DNA of 64,000 nucleotides from Segatella copri (GTDB lineage Bacteria > Bacillota_I > Bacilli_A > Erysipelotrichales > Erysipelotrichaceae). Where the stretch lies: assembly GCA_963654445.1 (NCBI GenBank), contig CAVKAP010000039.1, positions 5,208-69,207 of the forward strand, written 5' to 3'. Below are positions 1 through 9,324 of this stretch, in pieces; position 1 is the first letter of the stretch, and each line of letters opens with the position of its first letter. The position numbers and the translations under genes were made by a program. Under the pieces are notes generated by a model. That model was not told the DNA's origin, ran no database searches, and saw only the letters and a list, made by a program, of their open reading frames with translations.

Positions 1-138
1 TGTTTCTAATGCGCCCTCTTTACCATGGCAATAATTCACTAAAACCTTTACGCCATTTTTCGCTAAATCAATGGCAATGGCTTGCCCTATTCCACTTGAA
101 GCCCCAGTTACTAAGGCAATTGAATCTGCTTTAAACAT
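1..138 (-). CDS. fabG: SDR / 3-oxoacyl-ACP reductase, N-terminal part only (runs off the left edge)
   Basis: Manual translation from ATG at 138: [36 protein letters not shown], containing the TGxxxGIG Rossmann motif; AGGAG RBS upstream; follows fabD. Confidence 0.75.
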   Translation of the reverse strand, partial: MFKADSIALVTGASSGIGQAIAIDLAKNGVKVLVNYCHGKEGALET

Positions 139-1069
139 AAAAAATCTCCTTTTTTAATTGTTCTCTTTGTTTCGGATTAGAAGTTAAAATCACCTTTTGT
201 TTCGGATCAATGCTTCGCATCAAGCCAGTCAATACTTTTCCGACACCAACTTCGGCAAACAACAAATCGTCTTCTGTATCTATGATCTTTTTGATGGAGT
301 CATACCAAAGCACGGTATGGCAGCATTGATTTCGTATTTCCTTTTTGATTTCTTCACAATCGCTGACATAATCGCCTTTGCAATTTAAGACAAGCTTTGT
401 CTTGGGCTCTTTAAACTCAATCGTATTGACATAAGCCATAAAAGGCTCTTCCATTTCCTTCATTAAAGGAGTATGAAAGGCATTGGATACCCGAATCGGA
501 ACGGTTCGTAAAGCCCCATGCTCCTTACAGCTTTTTTCTGCTTGTACGACGATTTCACTATTTCCTCCAATCACAATCTGATTTTGGGTATTATAAAGAG
601 CAACCACCAAGTGTTGTTGACTTTCATCGATTTCTTTACAAATCTGATTCACTTGTTCAAAGGATAAGCCCAATACCGAACACAGCATGCCCTCTTGTTG
701 ACATTGCGCCATATAATCCGCTCTTTTTTGAACCAAGGCAAAGGCTTGTTCCATCGTTAAAACACCCGCTGCTACCAAAGCTGAATATTGGCCAAGACTA
801 TGTCCAATCGCAATATCAGCATGAATCCCTTCTTTTTCAAGCAAGGTTAAATACGCCATATTCATGGCCGTTACAGCTAATTGAGTATTTTCGGTCTTCT
901 TTAATTCTTCGGCATTCGCATGTAAACACAAATCCTTGACATCTTTTCCCGTTATTTCCTGAGCAATTTCAAAAACCACTTCTACTTTTTCTATATCCTT
1001 TCCTAGGCTTCTAAGCATACCTGGCTTTTGTGTACCTTGTCCTGGAAACATAAAACATACTTGACTCAT
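131..1069 (-). CDS. fabD: Malonyl-CoA:ACP transacylase
   Basis: FPGQGTQ, GHSLGQY active site and SNAFH motifs; start reassigned to MSQVCF (ATG 1069) after an AGGAG-containing purine-rich RBS. Confidence 0.9.
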   Translation of the reverse strand: MSQVCFMFPGQGTQKPGMLRSLGKDIEKVEVVFEIAQEITGKDVKDLCLHANAEELKKTENTQLAVTAMNMAYLTLLEKEGIHADIAIGHSLGQYSALVAAGVLTMEQAFALVQKRADYMAQCQQEGMLCSVLGLSFEQVNQICKEIDESQQHLVVALYNTQNQIVIGGNSEIVVQAEKSCKEHGALRTVPIRVSNAFHTPLMKEMEEPFMAYVNTIEFKEPKTKLVLNCKGDYVSDCEEIKKEIRNQCCHTVLWYDSIKKIIDTEDDLLFAEVGVGKVLTGLMRSIDPKQKVILTSNPKQREQLKKEIFYV

Positions 1070-1560
1070 TGTTTTTCTTCCTTTCCTTTTTGATCGATAA
1101 ATTCCAAGATGGCTTTTAAGACGTCTAAATCCCAATTTTCAACCTTGTTCATCTTTTCATCGACCAATACCACCTTTACTTTGGCTTCTACTATTTTTTC
1201 ACCTTGTCGATAGGCTGCTTGTTTAAATTCAAACATGGGCTTATGACGAACAAGTAAATTGGTCTTCACTTGAATATTTTCAATACTTTCCTCTTTAAGC
1301 CCATCAAAGATTTCACTTTGTACACGTACAACGACAAAGCTTCCTAAATTTATCTTTTTATTCGTCTTTTTCTTTTCTTGATAGAACGTATAAAATTCTT
1401 CCATGATTTCAAATCGCGCCATTTCAAAGAATTCAAAAATCTTCGAAAAATGAAGCTGATGTCCATAAATACAATCAGAAAAACGAACAGTTATATCTGA
1501 AGAAAAAAGCTTTTTATTTTTCTCATTTGCTTTTAATCGATTTTGTAGTTCATTATCCAT
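1066..1560 (-). CDS. Hotdog-fold acyl-CoA/acyl-ACP thioesterase
   Basis: ITVRFSDC...HLHFSKIFEFFEMAR resembles the 4HBT/YbgC thioesterase signature; start at MDNELQ after GAGG. Confidence 0.65.
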   Translation of the reverse strand: MDNELQNRLKANEKNKKLFSSDITVRFSDCIYGHQLHFSKIFEFFEMARFEIMEEFYTFYQEKKKTNKKINLGSFVVVRVQSEIFDGLKEESIENIQVKTNLLVRHKPMFEFKQAAYRQGEKIVEAKVKVVLVDEKMNKVENWDLDVLKAILEFIDQKGKEEKQ

Positions 1561-2158
1561 AAGCCTCAAGTTCATTTTTCGAAACCTCCTGAATTGAAAA
1601 TTCCTCTAAGGTATTTTTCATACAGACACTCAAGTCATAGCCATCGAGGATGGAAAAATCTTTAAAATAATAAGAATGATCTTCATAGCGAATTTCATCC
1701 TGAAATATATCCTGTTTAATGGCTTTTTTATCCGCCCATCCACAGCCCAAGCATTTTAAGAAGGCTTCTTTTCGACACCAAACAAAGCTTGGATCTGCAT
1801 AGATTTCTCCTAAAAAAACTTGTGCTGCTTTGGGGGAAATGGCTGTTTTTGATTGAATATCTACACCTACTTCTTCTTGACTGATGACAAGGGCAAGATA
1901 GGATTGACTATGAGAGATATTAAAAAAGAAATGATCATCCAAATAAGGCTTGCCCTGTGCATTGATTTGTACAGCTTCTCTATCTTTTCCATAACGATTG
2001 AAGACATATCTCAACAATAGCTCCGATGCATACAAATGCTGGGCCTTTTCTTTTTTTAAGGCCTGTTGAATACGCTCTTTTCTCTCTTTTGAAAATTGCG
2101 AAAGCTTACGTGCATCGATTTCAATTTCACTTGTTTTTAGCAGGTATAATTCAGCCAT
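1553..2158 (-). CDS. Sfp-type 4'-phosphopantetheinyl transferase
   Basis: GKP, FNISHS, VGVDIQ and WCRKEAFLKCLG motifs. Confidence 0.9.
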   Translation of the reverse strand: MAELYLLKTSEIEIDARKLSQFSKERKERIQQALKKEKAQHLYASELLLRYVFNRYGKDREAVQINAQGKPYLDDHFFFNISHSQSYLALVISQEEVGVDIQSKTAISPKAAQVFLGEIYADPSFVWCRKEAFLKCLGCGWADKKAIKQDIFQDEIRYEDHSYYFKDFSILDGYDLSVCMKNTLEEFSIQEVSKNELEAYG

Positions 2159-2161
2159 TTT

Positions 2162-2539
2162 CTACTCCTTTTTTAATGCCAGCATCTCTTGATCCTTTTT
2201 TACGGTTGATCCAAGCGATACCATACAATCACTTACGATTCCATCCATTGGTGAAAGAATCTCATTTTCCATTTTCATCGATTCTAAAATAATTAAGCGT
2301 TGTCCTTTTGAAACCAATTCTCCTTTTTTTACAAGGATTGACGCAATCGTTCCAGGTAAAGGTGATTTCACAAAGGATGTATTCTCATCCTTTTCACTAA
2401 AATCAAAATCAGGGACATCAAGCTCCGTTAAATCATCATCCTCTTGTGATTCGGTATTTTTAACAATGTCAATGGTTGCTTTGGTGCTATCTACATCCAC
2501 AATGTATTTTTTTCCATTTAACGTTATATCGTATTTCAT
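2162..2539 (-). CDS. Biotin carboxyl carrier protein (1.3S/MmdC-like)
   Basis: VKSPLPGTI...ILESMKMENEI biotinylation motif; N-terminal YDITLNGKKYIVDV typical of this family. Confidence 0.9.
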   Translation of the reverse strand: MKYDITLNGKKYIVDVDSTKATIDIVKNTESQEDDDLTELDVPDFDFSEKDENTSFVKSPLPGTIASILVKKGELVSKGQRLIILESMKMENEILSPMDGIVSDCMVSLGSTVKKDQEMLALKKE

Positions 2540-2551
2540 ATTTTCCTCCGA

Positions 2552-4048
2552 TTATCTAGGACACTCATAGATATTTTTAATTTCGAAATCATTAATATTG
2601 ATATGCATTTTTGATGAAATGATTGCTTTTAATAAAACGCGTATGTCATCATCAATGCGATCTAAAGAAATTTTTGGGATATCCTGTGCTTGATTTTCAC
2701 TTTCAAAAATCGTATAGGTATAGGCGCCATCTTCCCTTTTTTCTTTTGCGAAAAATTGCTCGGCTAAACGTGGAAATAAAACATGAATCAAGGTATCTTC
2801 CATATTCAATCCATCTTTTAAGCATTTTTCTTTTACCAATTGATAGCTGTTTTCTTCTTCGATTGATTTTGGACCCTCGTTTACTTTTTCTATTAAAGCG
2901 GTATTGATTTGACCAGGTGCTTTGCCATATTCACCTAAAATATAAGCTTTAACTTCTTTTAGTAAGACCTTATAGCGCTCACCAGCAATCACATTGGCTA
3001 CTGCTTGCGTTCCAACCATTTGACTAATCGGGGTAACAAGTGGTGGATAGCCTAAATCCTTTCGAACCTTCGGTACTTCCTTTGCAACCTCATCAATTCG
3101 ATCTAAGATGCCTTGGGCTTTCAATTGAGATAATAGGTTCGAGTACATACCACCTGGAATTTGACTGATTAAACAATCCGGGTTGGTTTGCATTGCATGT
3201 ATATTGATGGTCTTCTCTTCAACCAAACGATCAAAGACCTTTTTAAAGTGATTATTTATTTTCGAAAGGGAGTCAATATTTAAATTGATTTCTTTTCCCA
3301 TATCCTTTGCGACTAGAGCCATGGTTTCTGTCGGTGCTTGTGATGTTCCACCAGAAAAAGAAGAAATGGCGGTATCAATTACATCTACACCAGCTTCAAT
3401 TGCCTTTAAACAAGTCATTTGGGCCATACCCGAAGAATTATGGGTATGTAAAATAAGGGGAACATGCAAGACTTCCTTTAACGCTTTCACCAGTTCATAG
3501 CTTTTATCTGGCATTAAGCAGCCTGACATATCCTTGATACAAATGGATTGAGCACCTAGTGCTTCCATTTCTAAAGCTAATTGGACATAGTCCTTTATTT
3601 TATGTACCGGACTTACTGTATAACAAAGCGCACAGGAAGGATGGCCACCAAAATCTAAGGTTGCTTGTAGAGCATCCTTAATATTATCGATGTCATTTAA
3701 CGCATCAAAGATTCGAATAATATCAATTCCATTTTTGATGGACGCTTCAATAAAATCACGAACGATTTCAGTTGGATAATGATTGTATCCCAATAAATTT
3801 TGTCCTCGAAGCAGCATTTGAAGCTTGGTGTTTGGCATCTTTTCACGAATCAGGCGCAAGCGTTGCCAAGGGTCTTCATCTAAGTAGCGAATACAAGCAT
3901 CAAAGGTTGCCCCGCCCCAGCATTCAACTGAGTAATAGCCAGCTTGATCCATTTCTTCTAAAACATCGATAAAATCTTCATTTCGCATACGCGTTGCTGC
4001 TAAGGATTGATTGGCATCACGTAATACTGTTTCTGTTATTCCTAGCAT
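2552..4048 (-). CDS. Pyruvate/oxaloacetate carboxyltransferase (OadA / transcarboxylase 5S-like), no biotin domain
   Basis: ETVLRDANQSL, ECWGGATFD, IKDMSG, HTH and PLVTPISQMVG motifs; start at MLGITE after GAGG. Confidence 0.9.
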   Translation of the reverse strand: MLGITETVLRDANQSLAATRMRNEDFIDVLEEMDQAGYYSVECWGGATFDACIRYLDEDPWQRLRLIREKMPNTKLQMLLRGQNLLGYNHYPTEIVRDFIEASIKNGIDIIRIFDALNDIDNIKDALQATLDFGGHPSCALCYTVSPVHKIKDYVQLALEMEALGAQSICIKDMSGCLMPDKSYELVKALKEVLHVPLILHTHNSSGMAQMTCLKAIEAGVDVIDTAISSFSGGTSQAPTETMALVAKDMGKEINLNIDSLSKINNHFKKVFDRLVEEKTINIHAMQTNPDCLISQIPGGMYSNLLSQLKAQGILDRIDEVAKEVPKVRKDLGYPPLVTPISQMVGTQAVANVIAGERYKVLLKEVKAYILGEYGKAPGQINTALIEKVNEGPKSIEEENSYQLVKEKCLKDGLNMEDTLIHVLFPRLAEQFFAKEKREDGAYTYTIFESENQAQDIPKISLDRIDDDIRVLLKAIISSKMHININDFEIKNIYECPR

Positions 4049-4058
4049 AATAACTACC

Positions 4059-5537
4059 TCATAGTGGAATATTTCCATGCTTCTTTTGAAGCTTTGAACT
4101 ATTTTTATTTTCAAAGGCTTTTATATCTTCAAAGACTCTTTGTCGTAAATCATTTAAGGAAATCACTTCATCAACATAGCCTTCCGATGCTGCAATTCTT
4201 GCGTTCATATATTTTTTCTTATATGCATCCACATATCGATCCTTTTGTGTTTCATCTTCAGCTAATTCTTTATGATATAAAATCGATACCGCACCTTCAG
4301 CACCCATAACTGCAAGAGTCGCTTTAGAGCTTGCATAGACATAATCCGCACCTAAATGTTTACTGCCCATTGCGATATAGGCACCTCCATAGGCCTTTCG
4401 TACGACCATTGTGATTTTGATTGTGGTTGCTTCTGAATACGCAAAGAGTAGCTTTGCGCCATGGCGAATGATTCCTTCATGTTCTTCTTCAATTCCTGGT
4501 AAATAGCCGGGTGTATCAACCAAAGTAAGAATCGGAATGGAAAAGGCATCGCAAAAGCGTACAAATCGTGCAGCTTTATCACTGGAGTTTCGATCAATAC
4601 AGCCTGAATTACGCATTGGATTGTTCGCAATAATTCCGACTGTAATATCATTGATTTTGGCAAAAGCCGTAATCATATTTGTCGCATAGTGTTGATGGAC
4701 TTCAATCATAGAATTTTCATCAACAATCGATTGAATCAGCGTATGCATATCATAAGAGGCTTTATCATCACTTGGAACAAGATCATCCACCAAGGTTTCT
4801 TTTTCAATATAAGAAATAAAACGATAAAACTTCTTTTCTTCAAAATACGATGGTAAGGTCTTAATTAATTTTCGAACCTCTACATAGCATTTCTTTTCAT
4901 TCGTAAATAAAAAATGAGAAACACCCGACTTTTCGGAATGAACCCTTGCGCCACCTAATTCTTGTAGTGAACACTTTTCACCCGTTACACTTTCAATCAC
5001 TTTATTGCCTGTAATATATAATTGCCCAATATGATCAACCATAAAGACAAAATCCGTTAACGCAGGTGAATAAGCTGCTGCTCCAGCACAAGGCCCTACA
5101 ATAATAGAAATTTGGGGAATAATACCAGAAGCCAAAGTGTTTTGATGCATGAGTTCACCACATCCAGCCAAGGCATTGATTCCTTCACTAATGCGTGCAC
5201 CACCTGAATCATAAAGTCCAATCACTGGGCATCTTGCCTTAATGGCTTGTTGAATCGTATGTGCAATCTTTCTTCCATGATTCAATCCAATCGAACCACC
5301 AAGAACTGTAAAATCCTGAGAAAAGATAAAAACCGTTTTCCCTCCAATTGTTCCTCGTCCACAAATCACACCATCATAGCTTGAAGATTTGGCATTGGCT
5401 TTTTCGTGGTTGTATTCATAATTATTGATACCGGAGCCAATCTCTCTAAAGGAATTCTTATCGAGTAATAATAGGATTCTTTCAATCGCATGATATTTCT
5501 GTTTATTATGTTGTTTTTCAATATTATAGTGATTCAT
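4059..5537 (-). CDS. Acyl-CoA carboxyltransferase (PccB / MmdA / transcarboxylase 12S-like)
   Basis: QDFTVLGGS, DSGGARI, GPCAGAAAYSPALTD, RKAYGGAY and C-terminal KKHGNIPL; ATG 5537 fits the AAAGGAG RBS spacing. Confidence 0.92.
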   Translation of the reverse strand: MNHYNIEKQHNKQKYHAIERILLLLDKNSFREIGSGINNYEYNHEKANAKSSSYDGVICGRGTIGGKTVFIFSQDFTVLGGSIGLNHGRKIAHTIQQAIKARCPVIGLYDSGGARISEGINALAGCGELMHQNTLASGIIPQISIIVGPCAGAAAYSPALTDFVFMVDHIGQLYITGNKVIESVTGEKCSLQELGGARVHSEKSGVSHFLFTNEKKCYVEVRKLIKTLPSYFEEKKFYRFISYIEKETLVDDLVPSDDKASYDMHTLIQSIVDENSMIEVHQHYATNMITAFAKINDITVGIIANNPMRNSGCIDRNSSDKAARFVRFCDAFSIPILTLVDTPGYLPGIEEEHEGIIRHGAKLLFAYSEATTIKITMVVRKAYGGAYIAMGSKHLGADYVYASSKATLAVMGAEGAVSILYHKELAEDETQKDRYVDAYKKKYMNARIAASEGYVDEVISLNDLRQRVFEDIKAFENKNSSKLQKKHGNIPL

Positions 5538-5570
5538 ACGCATCTCCTTTTGTCTTTTTTCGTTATCTAA

Positions 5571-5623
5571 TTTATATCATGCGATAATATGAACGTCAAT
5601 AACTTTTTATCGTATTACGATAA
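5571..5623 (-). promoter_or_regulatory. Sigma-A promoter (TTGACG-17-TATAAA, extended TG) with a 17-bp palindrome TTATCGTAATACGATAA 7 bp upstream of -35
   Basis: Read directly; the same architecture recurs at 19112-19164 and 30491-30543. Confidence 0.75.
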
Positions 5624-5660
5624 TCTATTATTGTATTTAATAAAGTTTTTGTTTTTAAAA

Positions 5661-5695
5661 AAAGAGATGTAGATTGAAATAACCTACATCTCTTT
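5661..5695 (-). terminator. Intrinsic terminator after deoR
   Basis: Stem AAAGAGATGTAG/CTACATCTCTTT with T tracts on both sides. Confidence 0.75.
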
Positions 5696-5701
5696 CTTTT
5701 C

Positions 5702-6460
5702 TTATTCACATACAATAACATTTGTATCAGTTTCTAACTGTTCTAATTTTGTCGTTGTCACTAAGGTATTAAATTCATTTAAATTCGCCATCGTATAGAA
5801 TCCCGCAACGCCCGTTTTACTTGAATCAATCACCAAATACTTTTCCTTCGAATGTTTCATGGCCGCTTGTTTTATTTTTGCGGTATCAATTTCGGCAGTA
5901 TACACATTCAAATCATCTAGCGTCAATCCAACTGCACTGATGAACGCTTTGTCAAAATGAAAATAATCCATATAATCTAAGGTCATCGGTCCTAAATTCA
6001 TTTGATAGCGCGCACTGCTTTCACCACCTAAGTAATAGAGCTTATATATGGCTTGATCGTCCTTTTTAATCAATTGGTTATGTGTTACAACCACAATATT
6101 TTTGTTTCTAAAATATTCATTCATATACATAAAGGTTGTTCCACCATCAATAAAAACACAATCCCCATCCTCTATCAATTCCGCACATTTTTGACAAAGC
6201 TTCTTTTTTTCTTCAATATTCATTGTCATCCGTTTATTCATATGTAAATCAGTATCGTCAGATAATTGTTTGTCTGTATTTTGAACTTTAATTGCACCAC
6301 CATGGACGCGTTTGCATAAATTTTGCGATTCTAATTTTTCAAAATCTCTACGAATTGTACAAATGGATGCCTTTAGCTCTTCACTTAATTGGCTTAAATA
6401 AACAATCCCTTCGGTATTAATCTTATCTAAAATAATTTTTTGTCTTTCTCTAGCTAGCAT
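5702..6460 (-). CDS. DeoR/GlpR family transcriptional regulator
   Basis: N-terminal HTH TIRRD...RVHGGA; FIDGGTT sensor motif. Confidence 0.92.
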   Translation of the reverse strand: MLARERQKIILDKINTEGIVYLSQLSEELKASICTIRRDFEKLESQNLCKRVHGGAIKVQNTDKQLSDDTDLHMNKRMTMNIEEKKKLCQKCAELIEDGDCVFIDGGTTFMYMNEYFRNKNIVVVTHNQLIKKDDQAIYKLYYLGGESSARYQMNLGPMTLDYMDYFHFDKAFISAVGLTLDDLNVYTAEIDTAKIKQAAMKHSKEKYLVIDSSKTGVAGFYTMANLNEFNTLVTTTKLEQLETDTNVIVCE

Positions 6461-6516
6461 TTGAATACCACCTTCTAGGACTATTCTATCATTTTATGCG
6501 TGGATTATTCGCTTTT

Positions 6517-7545
6517 TTAATCAACAGGTTTTCGAATCACTCCTAAAACAATGGCTCCTACAAAAATCCCAATCATTTGCGCTAAGATATACATTAAAGG
6601 ATTGCCTGCAACCAATACAGGAAAAATGCCTCCATGTGGAACAGGGGACGAAACACCGCTTACGGCCGCAACAACACTTGCTACACCACAGCCAATCATT
6701 GTGCCTGGAAGAATATGTAAAGCATCCTCAACCAAAAAGGGAATCGTTCCTTCGGTAATTCCTACTAGACCCATCAATCCAGCTGATTGTGCATTTACAC
6801 GATCTGCATCTGTCCATTTATTTTTGAACAAGTAAGAGGATAATAAAACAGCCAAGGGTGGAATTGATGTACAAACAAAGAACATCGCATTCACTTCATA
6901 ATTCCCTTCGGCAATCATGGCTAGACAAAAGATTGTAACAGCCTTACAAATCGGTCCTCCCATATCAATTTCACAAATCAATCCAAGTACAAAGGCAAAT
7001 AAAATAATATTACTTTTCTCTATGATTGCTAGCAGCTTTAAAATCCACTCTGAAAACAAAACAATTGGCGTATTGATAAGATAGATATACCCCATACCTA
7101 AGACAAAGACAGATAAGATTGGAATAATTAATACAGGCATAATGGGTTTAATGACACTTGGCACCTTCCAGGTTTTAATCCATCGAACAAAATATCCTGC
7201 CAAAATACCCATGAATAAAGCACCTAAAAAGCCAGCCTTTACCGTGGTATCACCTACAGGATTATTGGCAATATACCCAAGAATAAAACCAGGTGTTAAA
7301 GCCGGCTTGCCTCCAATGGAATAAGCCACATAAGCACCTAAGACAGGCACCATCATCGTCATACCGGCACTGGCTACTAGATTTAAATTTTTAAGAAATG
7401 AATTGGTAATAATATAGCCTGATTTACTTGGGGTACCACCAATAAAGGAAATGGCTAAAAGAACCCCACCTGCGACAACAACCGGAACCATATAAGAAAC
7501 ACCAGTCATCAACGCTCTTTGAATACGTTTTAGTTCTGTTTTCAT
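6517..7545 (-). CDS. PTS fructose-family EIIC
   Basis: LMTGVSYMVPVVVAGG, DMGGP, GITEG and PHGG motifs. Confidence 0.92.
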   Translation of the reverse strand: MKTELKRIQRALMTGVSYMVPVVVAGGVLLAISFIGGTPSKSGYIITNSFLKNLNLVASAGMTMMVPVLGAYVAYSIGGKPALTPGFILGYIANNPVGDTTVKAGFLGALFMGILAGYFVRWIKTWKVPSVIKPIMPVLIIPILSVFVLGMGYIYLINTPIVLFSEWILKLLAIIEKSNIILFAFVLGLICEIDMGGPICKAVTIFCLAMIAEGNYEVNAMFFVCTSIPPLAVLLSSYLFKNKWTDADRVNAQSAGLMGLVGITEGTIPFLVEDALHILPGTMIGCGVASVVAAVSGVSSPVPHGGIFPVLVAGNPLMYILAQMIGIFVGAIVLGVIRKPVD

Positions 7546-7546
7546 A

Positions 7547-7864
7547 TTATTGATTCACCTTATAGAATTCAATAGCTTCATTTAAAACCTCTTCAGGATT
7601 GGAAACACATTTTGATACATCGGCTTCATAGGTACAAATTTCATCAAAACGTTCACGACCTTCAATTTCAACACTGATGGCAAGGATGGCTAAATCGGCA
7701 CTTTCGATATCTTCCATTTCTAATTCATTTTCAATTCCAATGGAACCCTGTGTTTCCACTTTAACTTCATATCCATGCTCTTTACATACTTTTTCTAAAT
7801 TTTCAGCTGCCATATATGTATGAGCAATCCCAATAGGGCAAGCAGCCACACCAACGATTTTCAT
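7547..7864 (-). CDS. PTS fructose-family EIIB
   Basis: ACPIGIAHTYMAAE and KVETQGSIG. Confidence 0.95.
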   Translation of the reverse strand: MKIVGVAACPIGIAHTYMAAENLEKVCKEHGYEVKVETQGSIGIENELEMEDIESADLAILAISVEIEGRERFDEICTYEADVSKCVSNPEEVLNEAIEFYKVNQ

Positions 7865-7886
7865 ATTTTCTCACTTCTCTTTCTAG

Positions 7887-8357
7887 TTAAAATCCAATAT
7901 TATTCAACAAATCAAATACAATTGCTTTATCGCTTTCATGCATCAATTTTTCTCTAAAGTCATCATGCATTAAGCTTCTTGAAATTTTAGATAAAATTCT
8001 TAAATGTGTCTTTTCAGCCCCTTCTTCTGGGATACCTAACATAAAAACCATCTTTACCTTATTATCCTTTGTCTCATCCCATTGAATGGCATCATGAAGT
8101 CGCATAAATAGAATAAATGGATTTTGAATGGTTGAACTTTTACCATGGGGAATCGCAAGCCCATAGCCAATTGCGGTCGATATTTCCTTTTCTCTATTAA
8201 ATACCGCCTTAGCATATTCTTCTTGACTTTCTACCAATCCTTCTTTTTCAGCCTTATTGGCAAGATAGACAATAAGATCATCTCGACAATTAAAGTCTTT
8301 ATCCAAAAAGATGAGCTCTTTATTAATTACTTTCGCATCCATACATTGATCCTTCAT
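7887..8357 (-). CDS. PTS fructose-family EIIA
   Basis: RE...STAIGYGLAIPHGK phospho-His motif. Confidence 0.93.
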   Translation of the reverse strand: MKDQCMDAKVINKELIFLDKDFNCRDDLIVYLANKAEKEGLVESQEEYAKAVFNREKEISTAIGYGLAIPHGKSSTIQNPFILFMRLHDAIQWDETKDNKVKMVFMLGIPEEGAEKTHLRILSKISRSLMHDDFREKLMHESDKAIVFDLLNNIGF

Positions 8358-9073
8358 TATTTCTTTTCATCTAAAGCCAATACTGTTGGCACCGATGCAT
8401 AGCCAACCCCCATACGATCAATCCCCATATCTATTAATTTCAAGAAATGTTCACGCGTACGAATATGACCACTTCCTTTTACTTTGATTTGATCTCCAAC
8501 CTCATCCATCATGATTTGAACGATTCGAGGATCTGCTCCCTTATCATCATGTCCGGTCAAAAATCCCGTACTTGTTTTTACCCAATCTGCTTTTCCGGCA
8601 ACAACGGCATGACAAGCTTTACGAATTTCATCATCAGTCAAGGCCCCTGTTTCTAAAATCACCTTTAATTCAATTCCCTTTTCATGACAAACATCTGCAA
8701 CCGCTCGAATATCCTTTGTGACTTCGTCATATTTTCCACTACGAATCAAGCCAAAATTAGCCACCATGTCAACTTCTCCTACCGTATCGTATTGAAGTGC
8801 TAATTTTGCCTGTGCTACCTTGGATTCTGTTGATGTATTTCCAAAAGGAAAGTCACAGGTTGGTCCTAACTTGGTTTCTGTTCCTTTTACATATGGCTCA
8901 CAAAGAGCCATATAGCCTGGTGAAATACAAACCTGTGCAACGCCTAAGCTAACACCTACTTTTGTCCACTTAATGATCTCCTCCTCAGAAAACTCTGGTT
9001 TCAAAACAGAATAATCAATATACTTTGCTAATTCCGTTTGACTCATTTCTGATGCTTTTTTGATTGATTTCAT
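8357..9073 (-). CDS. deoC: Deoxyribose-phosphate aldolase-like class I aldolase
   Basis: IDYSVLKP, DFPFG, EVDMV, KVILETG and VKTSTGF motifs; divergent KGSGHIR. Confidence 0.7.
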   Translation of the reverse strand: MKSIKKASEMSQTELAKYIDYSVLKPEFSEEEIIKWTKVGVSLGVAQVCISPGYMALCEPYVKGTETKLGPTCDFPFGNTSTESKVAQAKLALQYDTVGEVDMVANFGLIRSGKYDEVTKDIRAVADVCHEKGIELKVILETGALTDDEIRKACHAVVAGKADWVKTSTGFLTGHDDKGADPRIVQIMMDEVGDQIKVKGSGHIRTREHFLKLIDMGIDRMGVGYASVPTVLALDEKK

Positions 9074-9099
9074 GATATCTCCCTCTTCTTTCTGACATC

Positions 9100-9136
9100 T
9101 TTATATCATTACGCGATCGTTTTGTAAAGGGTTTCT
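9100..9136 (-). promoter_or_regulatory. Promoter of the aldolase-PTS operon (TTTACA-17-TATAAA) with an overlapping cre-like site TGTAAAGGGTTTCT
   Basis: -10 at 9100-9105 and -35 at 9123-9128; 9123-9136 matches TGWNANCGNTNWCA with 2 mismatches. Confidence 0.5.
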
Positions 9137-9213
9137 TTCATCTTTTTGACGTTTAACTATCATAGTAATGGAAATCTGGTAAAAATCTATCATAAATGTG
9201 TGAAACATGAAAA

Positions 9214-9261
9214 AGGATGTCATTTCTTATCTATCATCAAAGTAGACAGAAATAACATCCT
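9214..9261 (-). terminator. Long imperfect hairpin terminator after the second GNAT gene
   Basis: AGGATGT...ACATCCT arms with internal pairing and T tracts. Confidence 0.55.
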
Positions 9262-9324
9262 CTTTTCTATGCTTTTTAACTCATTTAAAGTGATTCACCA
9301 CACACATAAAAAGAATGGCCTTCA

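Noticed and set aside
2162..5537. Na+-translocating oxaloacetate or methylmalonyl-CoA decarboxylase
   Set aside because: No membrane beta subunit in the operon; the context is acyl-chain synthesis
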